NCBI GenBank assembly: GCA_051313645.2
Contig: JBNRSN020000002.1
Coordinates: 209,374,001-209,438,000, forward strand
Length of the DNA stretch: 64,000 nucleotides
Origin: Centroscyllium fabricii
Taxonomy: Eukaryota
Reading direction: 5' to 3'
A program made the translations under genes and the position numbers. Below, in pieces: positions 1 to 12,229 of this stretch. Below the pieces are notes generated by a model. It was not told the origin of the DNA. It worked only from the letters and a program-made list of their open reading frames with translations, and made no database searches. Position 1 is the first letter of the stretch; each line of letters begins with the position of its first letter.

Positions 1-419
1 CTTGCCGCACTCGCCAAGATGCCACCACCCATATCTGCAGGCCTTGGCACACCTATCATGAGGAACTGTCCTCATAGTGTATGGGTTATCAGAGAGTTCG
101 ATGTAGAGCCCATTTTTCTCATTGAACACCTATTAATTCCTCCATTCTATCAATGTCAGAATCTAAAATTTAAAATATGTTGCTGCAGGGCAGTGTATTC
201 TGATATAATGACAGCAGTTGGACATTAACCTTTAAGGAGTAATTTTACAAGTCTATACTGGTGGGAGGGGGAGCCTCACCTGCTGGTAGTGCTGGTACTT
301 TCAAACTGGTATTAGGAACTCTCAAACAGATATTCAGCATTGAAAACAAGTGAGGGTGACAACACCTCAAAGGTGTGCAATACTGAGTGAAGAAAAGAGC
401 TACACAGCGGGGTACAGCA

Positions 420-804
420 AAGTCTAGGAATGCTGTAGTAATTGGGGATTCGATAGTCAGGTGGACAGACAAGCAGTTCTGCTACTTACGATGTATGGTA
501 CGCTTCCTCCTTGGTGCCAGGGTAAGGAACATCATGGAGAGGGTGCAGAACATTCTGCAGGGGGAAGGGGAAGAGCTAAAGTCGTGGTCCATGTTGGAAC
601 CAACAACATAGGGAGGAAGAGGGTTGAGGTCCTGCAGTCAGAGTTTAAGCAGCCAGGGAGGAAGTTAAAAAGCAGGGCTTCAAAAGTAGTAATCTCTCAT
701 AACTCACAGTGCCTTGCGTGAGTGAGAGTAGAGATAGGAAGATGTGGCAGGTTAATGCATGCAGGAGGGAGGGCTTCAGATTCCTGAGACATTGGGACCA
801 GTTC
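420..804 (+). pseudogene. CR1 LINE ORF1 remnant (SGNH/esterase-like), 5' part; continues at 2131 after a solo LTR
   Basis: Frameshifted ORFs 387-611, 461-721 and 709-: VVIGDSIVR, VVVHVGTNNIGRKR, CRREGFRFLRHWDQF; same motifs as the ORF1 at 40125-40630. Confidence 0.85.
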
Positions 805-2126
805 TGTAGGATTCTCAAAATTCCCACATCACCCACAGTTATTAATAAGAAGACCCGAAAAAAAGGGCTTTTGGAATATGGCTGCAGTTTAAACAGAGGC
901 CAAGCAGGTCCTGGCCAAGGTCAAAGGGCGCAAAACTTAACATACTTGAAGGCAGGGAAGCCGCCCTTGAAATCCAGACAGTGAGTGAATACACTCCAAA
1001 CAGACACTCTCAAGAGATGACCTTATTCTGTAGACTTAGATACAATCAAAAACTGTGCATATATAATTGCCCACAGTTGGGCTGGCCACCGAGGCAAGAA
1101 AACAACAAATAAAGTTTGCATAACCAAACATCCCAAATCTCAAGAACAATTCAAACCAGTTACCGGGAACAGTTAACATATTCCAAGAGAATACACCCAA
1201 GACATTAAGGCCATTAAATAATGAGACAACCGCCCCGAAACCATTTAAGGTGGATGACCTTAATCACTTTTACGGGCCCACCAAAATTCAGACAAAAGAC
1301 TAGCCCTGATTTGGTGCGTAGATAAGGGACGCAGAATTTGTATAACTGCAAGGCCCACCCGTAACAAAAGACACGAGAGACGGAACACGAAGCAACACAA
1401 GACATGAATGCAAAGGTGAAGCATTCGGGCAGGAGAGCAAAAAGGAGGAAAACCCGAGAGTTTTTGAGCAGAGTATGCAGACGAAATCGGTGACCAACAC
1501 CACCGGAAGAACAAAGCCCGAAGTTTCCACTCTACAATCTAAGAGTACCCGGTAAAAACATTACTCTCCCTACTGCTAGCAGAGAAAAGTGGGTATTCGC
1601 CCGACAACATCCATAACCGCGCCCGACTGCATCAATGGACTCCACCCAACTGAAGGACCTGGTGCAGATCCTAAGAGTGAGACCACATGGAGGCGGCAGG
1701 CCCCAAAGGACAGAAAAAGCAAACCCCAAAACGCAACCGGCTGTAACAAAAATCCTTGCTTGGTGAGCATGAATCCCTGGTCTTTCTAGTGCAATTTAGT
1801 TAGGTATTGGAGGTGGGACAAGGTTAAGGGGATTCATAAATGTGATTTTTCCTTCGTTGTGCCATGTGTTCCCCATTCCTAATGAATGTACTTTTGAGCA
1901 TCTGTAATTTATTCCTGTAATATATACAGCAACTTCTCTCTGTTATAGTTTTGTTGTGTGACTTTAAAATAAGAGCAGTTTTCTTGCACCAAACTTGTTG
2001 TAAATTCCAATTTTGTATCGCAAACCTGTACCTAAGTCCAGTGTCTAGAACCTCAGGGGTGTGGGAGCAATTTGAACCACTCAGGTAGTCAGAGGCAAAA
2101 GCTGACCCACGAGGCCACCCCCTACA
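805..2126. mobile_element. Solo LTR (~1.3 kb) inserted in CR1 ORF1
   Basis: Termini TGTAGG...CCTACA; 4-bp TSD GTTC (801-804, 2127-2130); CR1 ORF1 reads on across the insertion. Confidence 0.85.
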
Positions 2127-2130
2127 GTTC

Positions 2131-2520
2131 TGTGGCAGGAGGGACCTGTTCATGATGGACGGATTGAAGTTGAACAGAACTGAGACCAATATCCTCTCGG
2201 GCGGGTTAACTAGTGTTGTGGGGGAGGATTTAAACTAATTCACCAGGCGGTTGGGCACCAAGATGTACTATTAAAAAGTAGAAACAAGGTGAACAGAGAA
2301 TTGGGAGAGACAGTTAGAGTTAGAATTAATACAGAATTAGGTGGGGTTACAGAGAAAATACAAAGAGGAGTAAGTTAGGTTTGTAGTGCATGTGTGTAAA
2401 TGCACAAAGTGCACTTAATCAGGTTGGTGAGCTGCAGGCATAAATAGCTATGTGGGAATATGATGTAGTGGTGATAATGGAGGCCTAGCTCAAAAAGGGG
2501 GAGATTGGATGCTTAATATA
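2131..2520 (+). mobile_element. CR1 LINE: end of ORF1 and start of the ORF2 APE endonuclease
   Basis: GRRDLFMMDGLKLNRTETNIL, then CVNAQSALNQVGELQA..YDVVVIMEA (degenerate). Confidence 0.75.
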
Positions 2521-4535
2521 AAGAAAGAAAGACATGCATTTGTATTTTTTAAATTCATTTATGGGATATGGGCGTCGCTGGCAAGGCCTGCATTTATTGC
2601 CCATCCCTAATTGCCCTTGCGAACGTGGTGGTGAGCCGCCTTCTTGAACCGCTGCAGTCCAGGTGGCGAAGATACTTCCACAGTGCTGTTAGGTATGGAA
2701 TTCCAGGATTTTGATCCAGCGACGAAGAAGGATTGGCAATATACTTCTAACTCAGGAATAGTATGTGATTTGGAGGGGAACTTAGAGGTGGTGTTCCCAT
2801 GCGCCTGCTGTCCTTGTCCTTCTAGGTGGAAGAGATTGCGGGTTTGGGAGGTGCTGCCAAAGAAGCCTTGGTGAGTTGCAGCAGTGCATCTTGTAGATGG
2901 TGCACACTGCAGCCACAGTGCACCAGTGGTGGAGGGAGTGAATGTTTAAGGTGGTGGATGGGGTGCCAATCAAGTGGGCTGCTTTGTCCTGAATGGTGCC
3001 GAGCTTCTTGAATGTTGTTGGAGCTGCACTCATCCAGGCAAGTGGAGAGTATTCTATCACACTATTTACTTGTGCCTTGTAGATGGTGGAAAGGCTTTCG
3101 GGAGTCAGGAGATGAGACACTCGCTGTAGAACAACTAGCCTCTGACCTGCTCTTGTTGCCACAGTAACTGGTCCAGTTAAGTTTCTGGTCAATGCTGACC
3201 CCCCAGGACATTGATGGTGGGGGATTCAACAAATGGTAATACTGTTGAATGTCAAGGGGCAGCGGTTAGACGCTCGCTTGTTGAAGATAGTCATTGCCTG
3301 GCACTTCTGTGGCGGAAATGTAACCTGCCACTTATCAGCCCAAGCTGAACGTTGTCCAGGTCTTGTCGCATGTGGGCATGGACTGCCTCATTATCTGAGG
3401 AGTTGTGAATGGCACTGAACACTGTGCAGTCATCAGCTGCATCGCTATTTCTGGAGAGAAGGTCATTGATGAAGCAGCTGAAGATGGTTGGGCTAGGACA
3501 CTGCCCTGAGGAACACCTGCAGCGATGTCCTGGGGCTGTGATGATTGACATTCAACCACCATAATCATCTTCCTTTGTGCTAGGTTTTCCCCCCGATTTC
3601 CATTAACTTCAATTTTACTAGGGCTCCTTGATGCCACACTTAGTCAAATGCTGCCTTGATGTCAAGGGCCGTCACTCTCACCTCACCTGGAATTCAGCTC
3701 CTTTGTCCATGTTTGGACCAAGGCTATAATGAGGTCAGGAGCTGAGTGGTCTTGGTGGAACCCAAACTAGGCATTAGTGAGCAGGTTATTGGTGAGTAAG
3801 TGCCACTTGATAGCACTGTTGATGACACCTTCCATCACTCTGCTGATGATTGAAAGTAGACTGCTGGGGCAGTAATTGGCTGGATTGAATTTGTCCTGCT
3901 TTTTGTGGACAGGACATACCTAGGCAGTTTTCTATATTGTCAGATAGATGCCAGTGTTGTAGCTGTACTGGAACAGCTTGGCTAGAGGCGCGGCTAGTTT
4001 GGGAGCACAAGCTTTCAGCATGATAGCCAGGATGTTGTCCGGGCCCATAGCCTTTGCTGTATAATACCTTTCATGACCACAGGTGCTATGTAACACCTTT
4101 CATGACCACAGGATGTCCGTGGAGCTTTACAGCCAATTAAGTACTTTTGTAGTGTAGTCACTGTTGTAATGCAGGAAACGCAGCAGCCAATTTGCGCTCA
4201 GCAAACTCCCACAAACAGCAACGTGCTAATGACAAGATAATCTGTTTTAGTGATGTTGATTGGAGGATAAATATTAGCCAGAACACCAGGGATAACTCCC
4301 CTGCTCTTCTTCACAATAGTCCCATGGTATCTTTTACATCCAGCTGACAGAGCAGACAGGACCTTGGTTTAACATCTCATCTGAAAGATGGCACCTCCAA
4401 CAGTGCAGCACTCCCTCAGCACTGCACTGGAATGTCAGCCTAGATTTTTGTGCTCAGGTGTCTGGAGTTGGACTTGAACTCACAATCCTTCTTCTGACTC
4501 AGAGGTTCGAGTGCTACCAACTGAACCACAGCAAA
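2521..4535 (-). mobile_element. Deu-domain SINE (SacSINE1/AmnSINE-like), split by a LINE insertion: tail 2521-2545, body 4061-4535
   Basis: Collinear with the intact copy at 43146-43604 (aaagacttgcattt tail; ...gggcagacggggcctcggtttaacgtctcatc Deu-type core); tRNA B-box-like ggacttgaactc near 4470. Confidence 0.8.
2546..4060 (-). mobile_element. 5'-truncated CR1-clade LINE (RT 3' half and 3' UTR) nested in the Deu-SINE
   Basis: ORFs 2782-3192 (IYKAQVNSVIEYSPLAW) and 3335-3637 (AGVPQGSVL); 3' tail gggcaataaatg...cccataaatgaatttaaaaaa. Confidence 0.85.
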
Positions 4536-5354
4536 CATTTGACATTCCTGGGTACAAGGCATTCAGGAAAGATAAGGAAGGAAAAAAAGGAGGAAGGGTA
4601 GCAGTTTTGATTTAGGAAAATATTACAGTGCTCGAAATAGAGAATGTCCTTGAGGAGTCAAAGACAGAATCGATTTGGTTGGAGTTGAGAAACTATTGAG
4701 AAACTTGAGCTATTATGCTACTTGATGTATTTTATAGGCCACCAAATAGTGGGAAGGAGATAGAGGAGCAGATTTGCAGGGAAACTACTGAGAGGTACAT
4801 GAGCTATAGAGTAGTGATAATGGGAGACTTTAGCTACCCCAGTATTGACTGAGGCAGTGATTGTGTTAAAGGCAGAGCCGAAGATAATTTTCTGAAATGT
4901 GTTCAGGAGAACATTTTTGATCAGTATATTACCTGCTCAGCAAGGAAGGAGACATTGCTGGATCTAGTCCTGGGGAATGAAGTCGATTAAGTAGAGAATG
5001 CCACAGTGGGGGAGCATCTCAGGAATAGTTATAATGGTATCACAAGGTTTACATTATTATGGAGAACAACATGGAGCAATCTAGAATAAAAATGCTTAAC
5101 TGGAGGAGGGCTAATTTCAATTAATTGAGGAGGGATCTAGCCAGGGTAAATTGGAGTCAAAGACTGACAGGCAGAAATGTAATAGAGCAATGGGCGGCCT
5201 TTACAGAGGAGATGGTTTGGGTACAGTCTAGGTACATTCCTACAAGGGGGAAATGGGAGGGCAACCAAAACCAGAGCTCCCTGGATAACGAAGGAGTTAG
5301 AGAGTAGGAGTAAGCAGAAAAACAGGATGTATGACAGATGTCAGCATGATAATA

Positions 5355-6271
5355 CAGGTTGTGCACCGAAAATCCGTGACCCGAAACGCCGGCAGCTTCA
5401 GTCTGCCGGAACAAATTGCCCCGACTGCACTGCGCATGCGCAAGATGGCAGCCGCCATCGCGGCTTCGGCGAATGATCTGCGCATGCGCCGCCGAACGGC
5501 GAGCGCATGCGCAGATCTTTCAAATCGGCTGCCGGGTGTTTTGAATGATCTGCGCATGCGTCGCCGGACGGCTAGCGCATGCGCAGATCATTCAAAACGG
5601 CCTCCGGTTATTTTCTCAATAGGCTGGGCCGGGACTGCCGGGACTCTGTGAACGCGGGCTGGGCCGGGACTCTCTGAATGCGGGCTGGGCCGGGACTGCC
5701 AGGACTCTGTGAACGCGGGCTGGGCCGGGACTCTCCGAATGCGGGCTGGGCCGGGACTGCCAGGACTCTGTGAACGCAGGCTGGGCCGGGACTCTCCGAA
5801 TGCGGGCTGGGCCGGGACTGCCGGGACTCTCTGAATGCATTTCAAACAGCCAAATGCTAAATTGTAAGTTGGTACTGATACTTGTTTGATGACCAAGTTT
5901 AGGAATGAAACTTTGTACAGTATTGTATATATTTTGCAGCAATATTTTGATGGTTTAAATACAAGCTACTTCTGTGCGAACAACTTTTGCTTAAATTACA
6001 AATAATTCTGGACTCTTTGAATGCGGGCTGGACTGCGGCTGCCGGCGCTCTCTGAACGCGGGCTGGGCCGGGACTCTCCGAATGCGGGCTGGGTGCTGGT
6101 GTTCCACGAACGATAAGCGCATGCGCAGACCACAAAATGGCCGCCGGCCTTTCGCGGCAGCCATTTTGAATGGTGCACGCATGCGCATTGTCCAACTTCA
6201 TTCTCCCGGTTTTTTCACTTTCCCGGCATGGGCCTGGTCCCGCCCGTGCCGGATTAATGGTGCACAACCTG
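5355..6271. mobile_element. Non-autonomous TIR DNA transposon (Tc1/mariner-pogo-type MITE)
   Basis: TIRs CAGGTTGTGCACC...GGTGCACAACCTG, flanked by TA on both sides (5353-5354, 6272-6273); CR1 resumes afterwards. Confidence 0.85.
5621..5836. repeat. GC-rich minisatellite inside the MITE (~61-bp higher-order unit built from GCGGGCTGGGCCGGGACT subunits); further units at 6019-6092
   Basis: Direct inspection; explains the repetitive ORFs 5588-5896 and 5616-5942. Confidence 0.9.
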
Positions 6272-6876
6272 TACAAGAGAGAATCAGGCTGAATATAAAA
6301 TGTACAGAGGAGAAGTGAAAAAAGAAATGAGGGGCAAAGAGACAGTATGAGAATAGATTGGTGGCGAACATAAAACGTCTTATTTTGACATATTAACAGT
6401 AAAATGGTTGTCAGAGGAGTGGTGGTTGTCAGAGGAGTGGTGGGGGCCGAGTTGGGACCAAAATGGAGATCTATTGGTGGAGGCAGAAGGTATGGCTGTG
6501 ATACTAAATGAGTACTGTGCATCGGTGTTTACCAAGGAAGAGACTTTGCCAAAGCTACAGTAAACAAGGAGGATGTTGGGATAATGGATGAGATAAAAAT
6601 AGATAAAGAGCATGAACTAGAAAGTCTGGCAGTACTTAAAGTGGATAAGCCACCCATTTCGGATGGGATGCATCCTAGGTTGCTGAGGGAAATAAGGGTA
6701 GAAATTGCGGAGGTGCTGGCCACAATCTTCCAATCCTCCTCAGATGCATGGATGGTGCCAGAGGACTGGAGGATTGCAAATATTACACCCTTTTTCAAAA
6801 AATGGGAGAAGCATAAACCCACCGATTACAGGCCAGCCAGTTTAATGTCAGTCGTGGGGATGGTTTTAGAAACAAT

Positions 6877-7609
6877 GGACCAGAAATTTGGGTTGGAGGC
6901 TTCCCGCGAGTGCAAGCCTCCAACCCACACTTGCGGAGCGCGCCTGCCGTTCTCCATTCCACCATCATGAAATCCCGATCTGGGGCCCTGCTGAGAGGCC
7001 GGCACGCTGTGCTGCTGTATCTCAGCGTCTGAGTTAGTGCGAAGCTTCCCGCGGGATCACGTGGTCTGCGGGGAGCCAATCGGAGCACAGAATGCTCCAT
7101 TCATACGTTTGACAGGAAGAGCTGTCAAACTTATGAATTACTACAGCCCCAAAACCTCACTAAACCTTTAAATAATTTTTTTTAAATATCACATTTTTAA
7201 AATAACTATCAATTAGTTTAAACAAAAATTAAAAATTTTGAAATAAATATTTAAAGTACTTAACGGGCCTAAAAATCAACTTGCCTTTCTTTAAAGTTTA
7301 AAAAAATGAAAAACCCATGGAAAAAAATGTTTAATTGAATAAAATAAAGACTTACCGGATGAAATCCACTCGTTGCGCCTGAAAATATCAGCCATAATTT
7401 TTAAAATACTTACCCTGATACAAACCTTTGAAAAAATCAGAAGTGCATTGCGCACCTCCTGCCACGCACGTGAACACGCTCCGGCCCCTGACCCCTTCTG
7501 TCAGGGGATCGGAATTTCCAGTTTCGCACGCATGCGCGTTGCATGCCGGAAACCGACAAATCTGATGGGCCCATGCGTGAGTACACCGTCCGCCCCTAAT
7601 TTCTGGGCC
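6877..7609. mobile_element. PIF/Harbinger-type MITE
   Basis: Termini GGACCAGAAATT / AATTTCTGGGCC; 3-bp TSD AAT; same termini as 43722-44471. Confidence 0.8.
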
Positions 7610-7685
7610 AATAATCCAGGAGAAAGTTAGCAGCCACTTGGACAAGTTTGAACTAATAAAGGAGAACCAGCACAGATTTGATGAG

Positions 7686-8615
7686 GTTCATCATAACTTC
7701 CTTGCTTTTGTACTCAATGCCTCTATTTATGAAGCCCAGGATCCCGTATGCTTTTTTAAGCGCTTTCTCAACCTGTCCTGCCACCTTCAATGATTTGTGC
7801 ACATATACCCCCAGGTCTCTCTGTTCATGCAGCCCCCTTTAGGATTGTACCCTTTAGTTTATATTGCATCTCCTTGTTCTTCCTACCAAGATGTCTCATT
7901 TCGTATTTTTCTGCGTTAAATTTCATCTGCCACGTGTCTGCCCATCCCACCAGCCCTGTCTATGTCCTCTTGAAGTCTCACTATCCTGCTCACTGTTCCA
8001 AGTTTTGTGGCATCTGCAAATTTTGAAATTGTGCCCTGTACTCCCAAGTCTAAGTCATTAATATATCAAGAAAAGCAGTGGTCCTAGTACCGACCCCTGG
8101 GGAACACCACTACATACATTTCTCCAGTCTGAAAAACAACTGTTCACCACTACTCTCTAAGGTCTTCATGTCCTTCCTAAAGTGCGGTGCCCAGAATTGA
8201 CCACTGCTGTTTTTGATCTACTTTAATCACTTGGACTTTTGGGTACAGGGCACAATTTCAAAATTTGCAGATGACATGAAACTTGGAAACGTAGTAAGCA
8301 ATAAGAAAGAGTAACAGACAGAGGTAATAGATTTAAGGTGATTGGCAAAAGAACCAGAGGTGACTTGAGGAAAAACTATTTTACGCAATGAGTGGTTAGG
8401 ATTTGGAATGCGCTGCCTGATAGGGCGGTGAAAACAGATTCAATAGTAGCTTTCAAAATGGCAATGGATAAATACTTGAAGGAGAAATAATTGCAGGGAC
8501 ATAGGGAGTGATGCGGGGAGTGGGACAAACTGGATTGTTCTTCGAAAGAGCCAATCCAGACTTGTTGGGCTGAACGGCCTCCTTCTGTGCTGTATTATTT
8601 TATGATTCTATGATT
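7686..8615. mobile_element. Rearranged CR1 RT and 3' end pieces (7686-8200 minus; 8200-8615 plus, ending in a (tatgattc)n tail)
   Basis: Minus [20 protein letters not shown]; plus ISKFADDMKLG and CR1 3' UTR. Confidence 0.75.
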
Positions 8616-9339
8616 TTATATCAAAACATTTAGATGCCCGTTGTCCACAATTTGCAGATGAAATGAACAGAAAATGCAGGGCAGCACATGCTCTAATTTC
8701 CAATATGCAATGCCAGCATCTGTGGCACCCTGGCAACAGCGCAGACTTGTAAACCTGTCCTTTTATAGCTTTGGTTTGCTATAATTGTTGCTGTTATCAG
8801 TAATTTTAACTGCACTACTGGCTGTGAAATACAGATAATAATGTAAAAATATAAGATTATGTTAAATTTCATTTATCCTCAATTCCTGTAACTCCAAAAA
8901 GAAGTTTAACGGTTGCAAAACATTTTCAAATTCAGGAATGCTCGTGGGTCTGTGAGGATTTTATTCATCTGCTGTATACTTCGCCATCAAACTCATGCTG
9001 CTACTCTGTCCCCTTTTGTATCACCATCCTCTATTGCCTTCACATCAAAGGCTGCTGAATAGCTCCTACTTATCTTGTCATTTTAATTCCAATCCCATTT
9101 AAGTCAAATTTAGCATAGTGCAGGGTGTTGTCAGGCTCTCTTCAAATGCTGCAGAGAGGATCGTAATGTCTCACAATTGGTTGCAACAATTACCATGCAA
9201 GTGGGTACCCATTAAATGTGAACATGTATTACATGCAAAAGGGTCTGTGCAATCTACCATCACATAAACGCTCCCATGTAATATTCAGATATATTGCTTT
9301 CAACATGCTTATTGGTTTCAAATCCCAATATATAATCAG

Positions 9340-10050
9340 CAATAACAACTTGCATTTAGATAGCACCTTTAATGTAGTAAAACATCCCAAGGCGCCTCAC
9401 AGGAGCATAATCAGACTTAAAATGACACCGTGCCAAATAAGGAGACATTAGGGCAGGTGACAAAAAGCTCTGTCAATGAGGTAGGTTTTGAAGAGCGTCT
9501 TAAAGGAGGAGAGAGAGGCAGAAAGGTTTAGGGAGGAAATTCCAAAGCTTGGGGCCTAGATGGCTGAAGGCACGGCCAGCAATGGTGGGGTGAAGATAAT
9601 TGGGGATGCATAAGCCAGAGTTGGCAGAAGGCAAAGTTCTCAGAGGGTTATAGGGCTAGAGGAGGTTACAGAGGCAGGGAGGGGCGAGGCCATGGAGGGA
9701 TTTGAACAGAAGAAAGAGAATTGGTGGACCAGGAGCCAATGTAGGTCAGCGAACACAGGGGTGATGGGTGAACGGGACTCGGTGCGAGTTCAGGTTACAG
9801 GCAACAGGTTTCTGAATGAGTTCATGTTTATGGAGGGTGGAAGATGCAAAGCTGGCCAGGAGAGCATTGGATTATTTGAGTCTGGAGATAATAAAAGCAT
9901 GGATGAGGGTTTCAGCAGCAGATGGGCTGAGGCAGGGTCGGAGATGGGTGATGTAACGGAGGTGGAAGTAGACAGTCTTTGTGATGGCGAGGGTATGGTG
10001 TTGAAAGCTCAGATCAGGGTTAAGTAGGATGTTGAGGTTGTGAACAGTTA
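9340..10050 (-). mobile_element. L2-type LINE 3' fragment
   Basis: Reverse complement of the same 3' end seen at 26575-27114 (aaatgcaagttgtt tail). Confidence 0.7.
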
Positions 10051-10109
10051 CAATTACCTCACTATTTCAGCTCAGTATTGACCTTTTAACACTTCCAACA
10101 TCTGATTTG

Positions 10110-10620
10110 CTTTACTCACTGCCGCCGACCATTGTTGTCAATCAGGACCCCCAGATCTCTTTCATTTTCCATGCAGATTATTTTCTTTCTATTTAACTAA
10201 CAGTCCCTTCCTGGATTTTTTATCCCCATGTGAAGCACTTTCCATTGCTCTACATTAGCATTCATCTTCCACCTGTCTGCCCAATTCCCAAGGATATTCA
10301 GATCCTCCTGTAGCTTATGCCTGTAAAATGGGCACAGCATCAACACATTTCTAACCTGGAGCTTTAGCGTCTACCACCTTCATTAGCGTTTTATCAACTG
10401 CAAATTTAGTTTGTGACTCCAGTTCCAGATCATTTATGAAGATAATAAACAAAAGAGCTCGCAAACCAGGCCACTGTGGGACCCCAAGCTCATGACAATC
10501 ACTATATCACTTACCCTCTGGGTTCTATTGGTCAACTAATTATGTATCCACTGTAAAATATTTCCACAGATTCCTTTATATTCAGCACTTGGGGAAGCCT
10601 TTTGGCCCATGACTCCTATT
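10110..10620 (-). mobile_element. Highly degenerate CR1 RT fragment
   Basis: Remnants of GVPQ, FINDLE..KFAVD and QFNVEQWKVLHMG on the minus strand. Confidence 0.5.
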
Positions 10621-10662
10621 TTGGTTATCCAAAAATAATGGTAGTTACACTTTAAAAACATT

Positions 10663-10831
10663 GGCATGAATTTTCACTTTTACAGCCATGTGGAAAATCG
10701 ATGGTGGTGGATCGGTCGCCTGTTCTACACACTGCCCAATTTAGTACTCCATGACTTCACTGTGTGTAAAATCAATGGCCAATCTGCGACTGCCCATTTT
10801 CCTGCCTGTGGTAAAAGTGAAAACTCACACC
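10663..10831. mobile_element. Small (169-bp) Harbinger-type MITE
   Basis: Imperfect TIRs GGCATGAATTTTCACTTTTAC / GTAAAAGTGAAAACTCACACC; TSD ATT. Confidence 0.7.
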
Positions 10832-11839
10832 ATTCAATTGCCAAGAAAACACATCCTACTCAGTAAGCACAGCTTGGATGTGCATGAAAATATTATTTTG
10901 AATCCAACAGGGGAACTGGGACATTTAACCTCAATAAATAAATTACTACTAGTGATGAATTATTTACAACACACTTTATTCATGAAAGTTGTATTCAAAA
11001 TCTTCTACTTCAGGATTGAAAGGAAAAATAGCCACTCGAAGCCACAAGATGATATGAGGAAAAATATTAAAACTTGTATCTCATGTATCAAGTATAGTTT
11101 GTGAATAACAACAGCAAAGTTACATATTCTTTGTTAGTGGGAATACAAACCTGATGTGACTCAATGGGGGAGAAATTGTTTAGTGCAGGCCGGCCGATGC
11201 AATCTTAGTGCAGAGAGCAATTCACATGCTTATACAAAGGATCGAATGCCTGTTTCAGGCTCGGGCCCAGGACGCCTCTACTGGAGCCTTTACCAATGTC
11301 GTGGCGGCGCACCTCGAATGCGGAATGTGCGTGCGTGCACCGCCCGCCGTATTGAACACTTAAGCACCTGTTTTACGCCTGCACAATGGGCACAGCATCA
11401 ACAAATCTCTAAGCCAGAGCGTCCAATCGGGAAAATTCAGCTGAAAAGTGAAATATCTTACCTTCATCAAGAGTGGGGATGACATCTTCTCCCTGGACTT
11501 CCAATCCACTCTACAGCCTTTTTTTTTCAATTAAAGAGGTAGTAAACCTAGATCACAGTGCTGTGCAAGCTGAAAGTCAGTTTTTCTCTCTCTAGCTTAT
11601 TCAATAGAAACTAGTAGGTGGAAATGGTGCAGACTGACTGGTCAATATTTATGGCTGATGCTGTGTTTTACCTTTTTATTGAATGAAGGAAAGTCACAGA
11701 TTTTATTCCTAATCTGTACTGAGTTACATGATGGCCAATGATTGCTTTGATGTCTCTCAGCTGAGGTGTGATGTGAAACAGCTGGAGAGACCACATTGTT
11801 CTCTCTATATATGTGCTATGTTTAAATGAATCTCGTCAC

Positions 11840-12033
11840 TTCGCCTGAGGAAGGAGCAGCGCTCCGAAAGCTTGTGATTTCAAATAAAACTGTTGGACTA
11901 TAACCTAGTGTTGTGTGACTTATTATAATTGTCCACCCCAGTCCAACACCGGCACCTCCGCATCAAGGTTATAGTCCAACTGTTTTATTTGAAATCACAA
12001 GCTTTCGGAGCGTCTGCCCCTTCGTCAGGTGAA
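11840..12033. mobile_element. Fold-back pair of Penelope-like terminal repeats, each arm carrying a minimal hammerhead motif
   Basis: Inverted arms 11840-11905 and 11967-12033; CTGAGGA-A-GGAGC-agc-GCTCC-GAAAGCTT on plus, CTGACGA-A-GGGGC-agac-GCTCC-GAAAGCTT on minus. Confidence 0.7.
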
Positions 12034-12175
12034 ATCCCAGACCGTGGATGTCGGCGGTTACTGCGTGGTAATGCTGTCGGTGAGCGGCGCAGTGTACAAG
12101 AATTTCAAACTCCTGGTCCTACCCAACCTGTGCGCGGCCGTCCTCCTGGGGTTAGACTTCCAAACCCACCCTGAT
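12034..12175 (+). pseudogene. Isolated Gypsy protease fragment (same family as 31841-36674)
   Basis: SQTVDVGGYC..YKNFKLLVLPNLCAAVLLGLDFQTH aligns with SHTADVTGYC..YRNFKLYVFQQLCAPVLLGLDFQCH in ORF 33287-35242. Confidence 0.75.
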
Positions 12176-12229
12176 GGCCAATCAGGGATGGGGATCCAAC
12201 CTGAGAGTTTTCTTTTGTTTATGGCTCAG

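Larger units (their letters stand above)
4540..7685 (+). mobile_element. CR1 ORF2 remnant (endonuclease to RT N-terminus), interrupted by two MITEs
   Basis: IPGYKAFRKD, FYRPPNS, IMGDFSYP; ORF 6584-: LKVDKPPISDGMHPRLLRE..VPEDWRIANITPFFKK. Confidence 0.85.

Noticed and set aside
5588-6522. Repetitive ORFs (ESPGPARIRRVPAQPAF) as a repeat protein or CRISPR-like array
   Set aside because: They are translations of a GC minisatellite inside a TA-flanked MITE; no unique spacers, no cas genes, eukaryotic context
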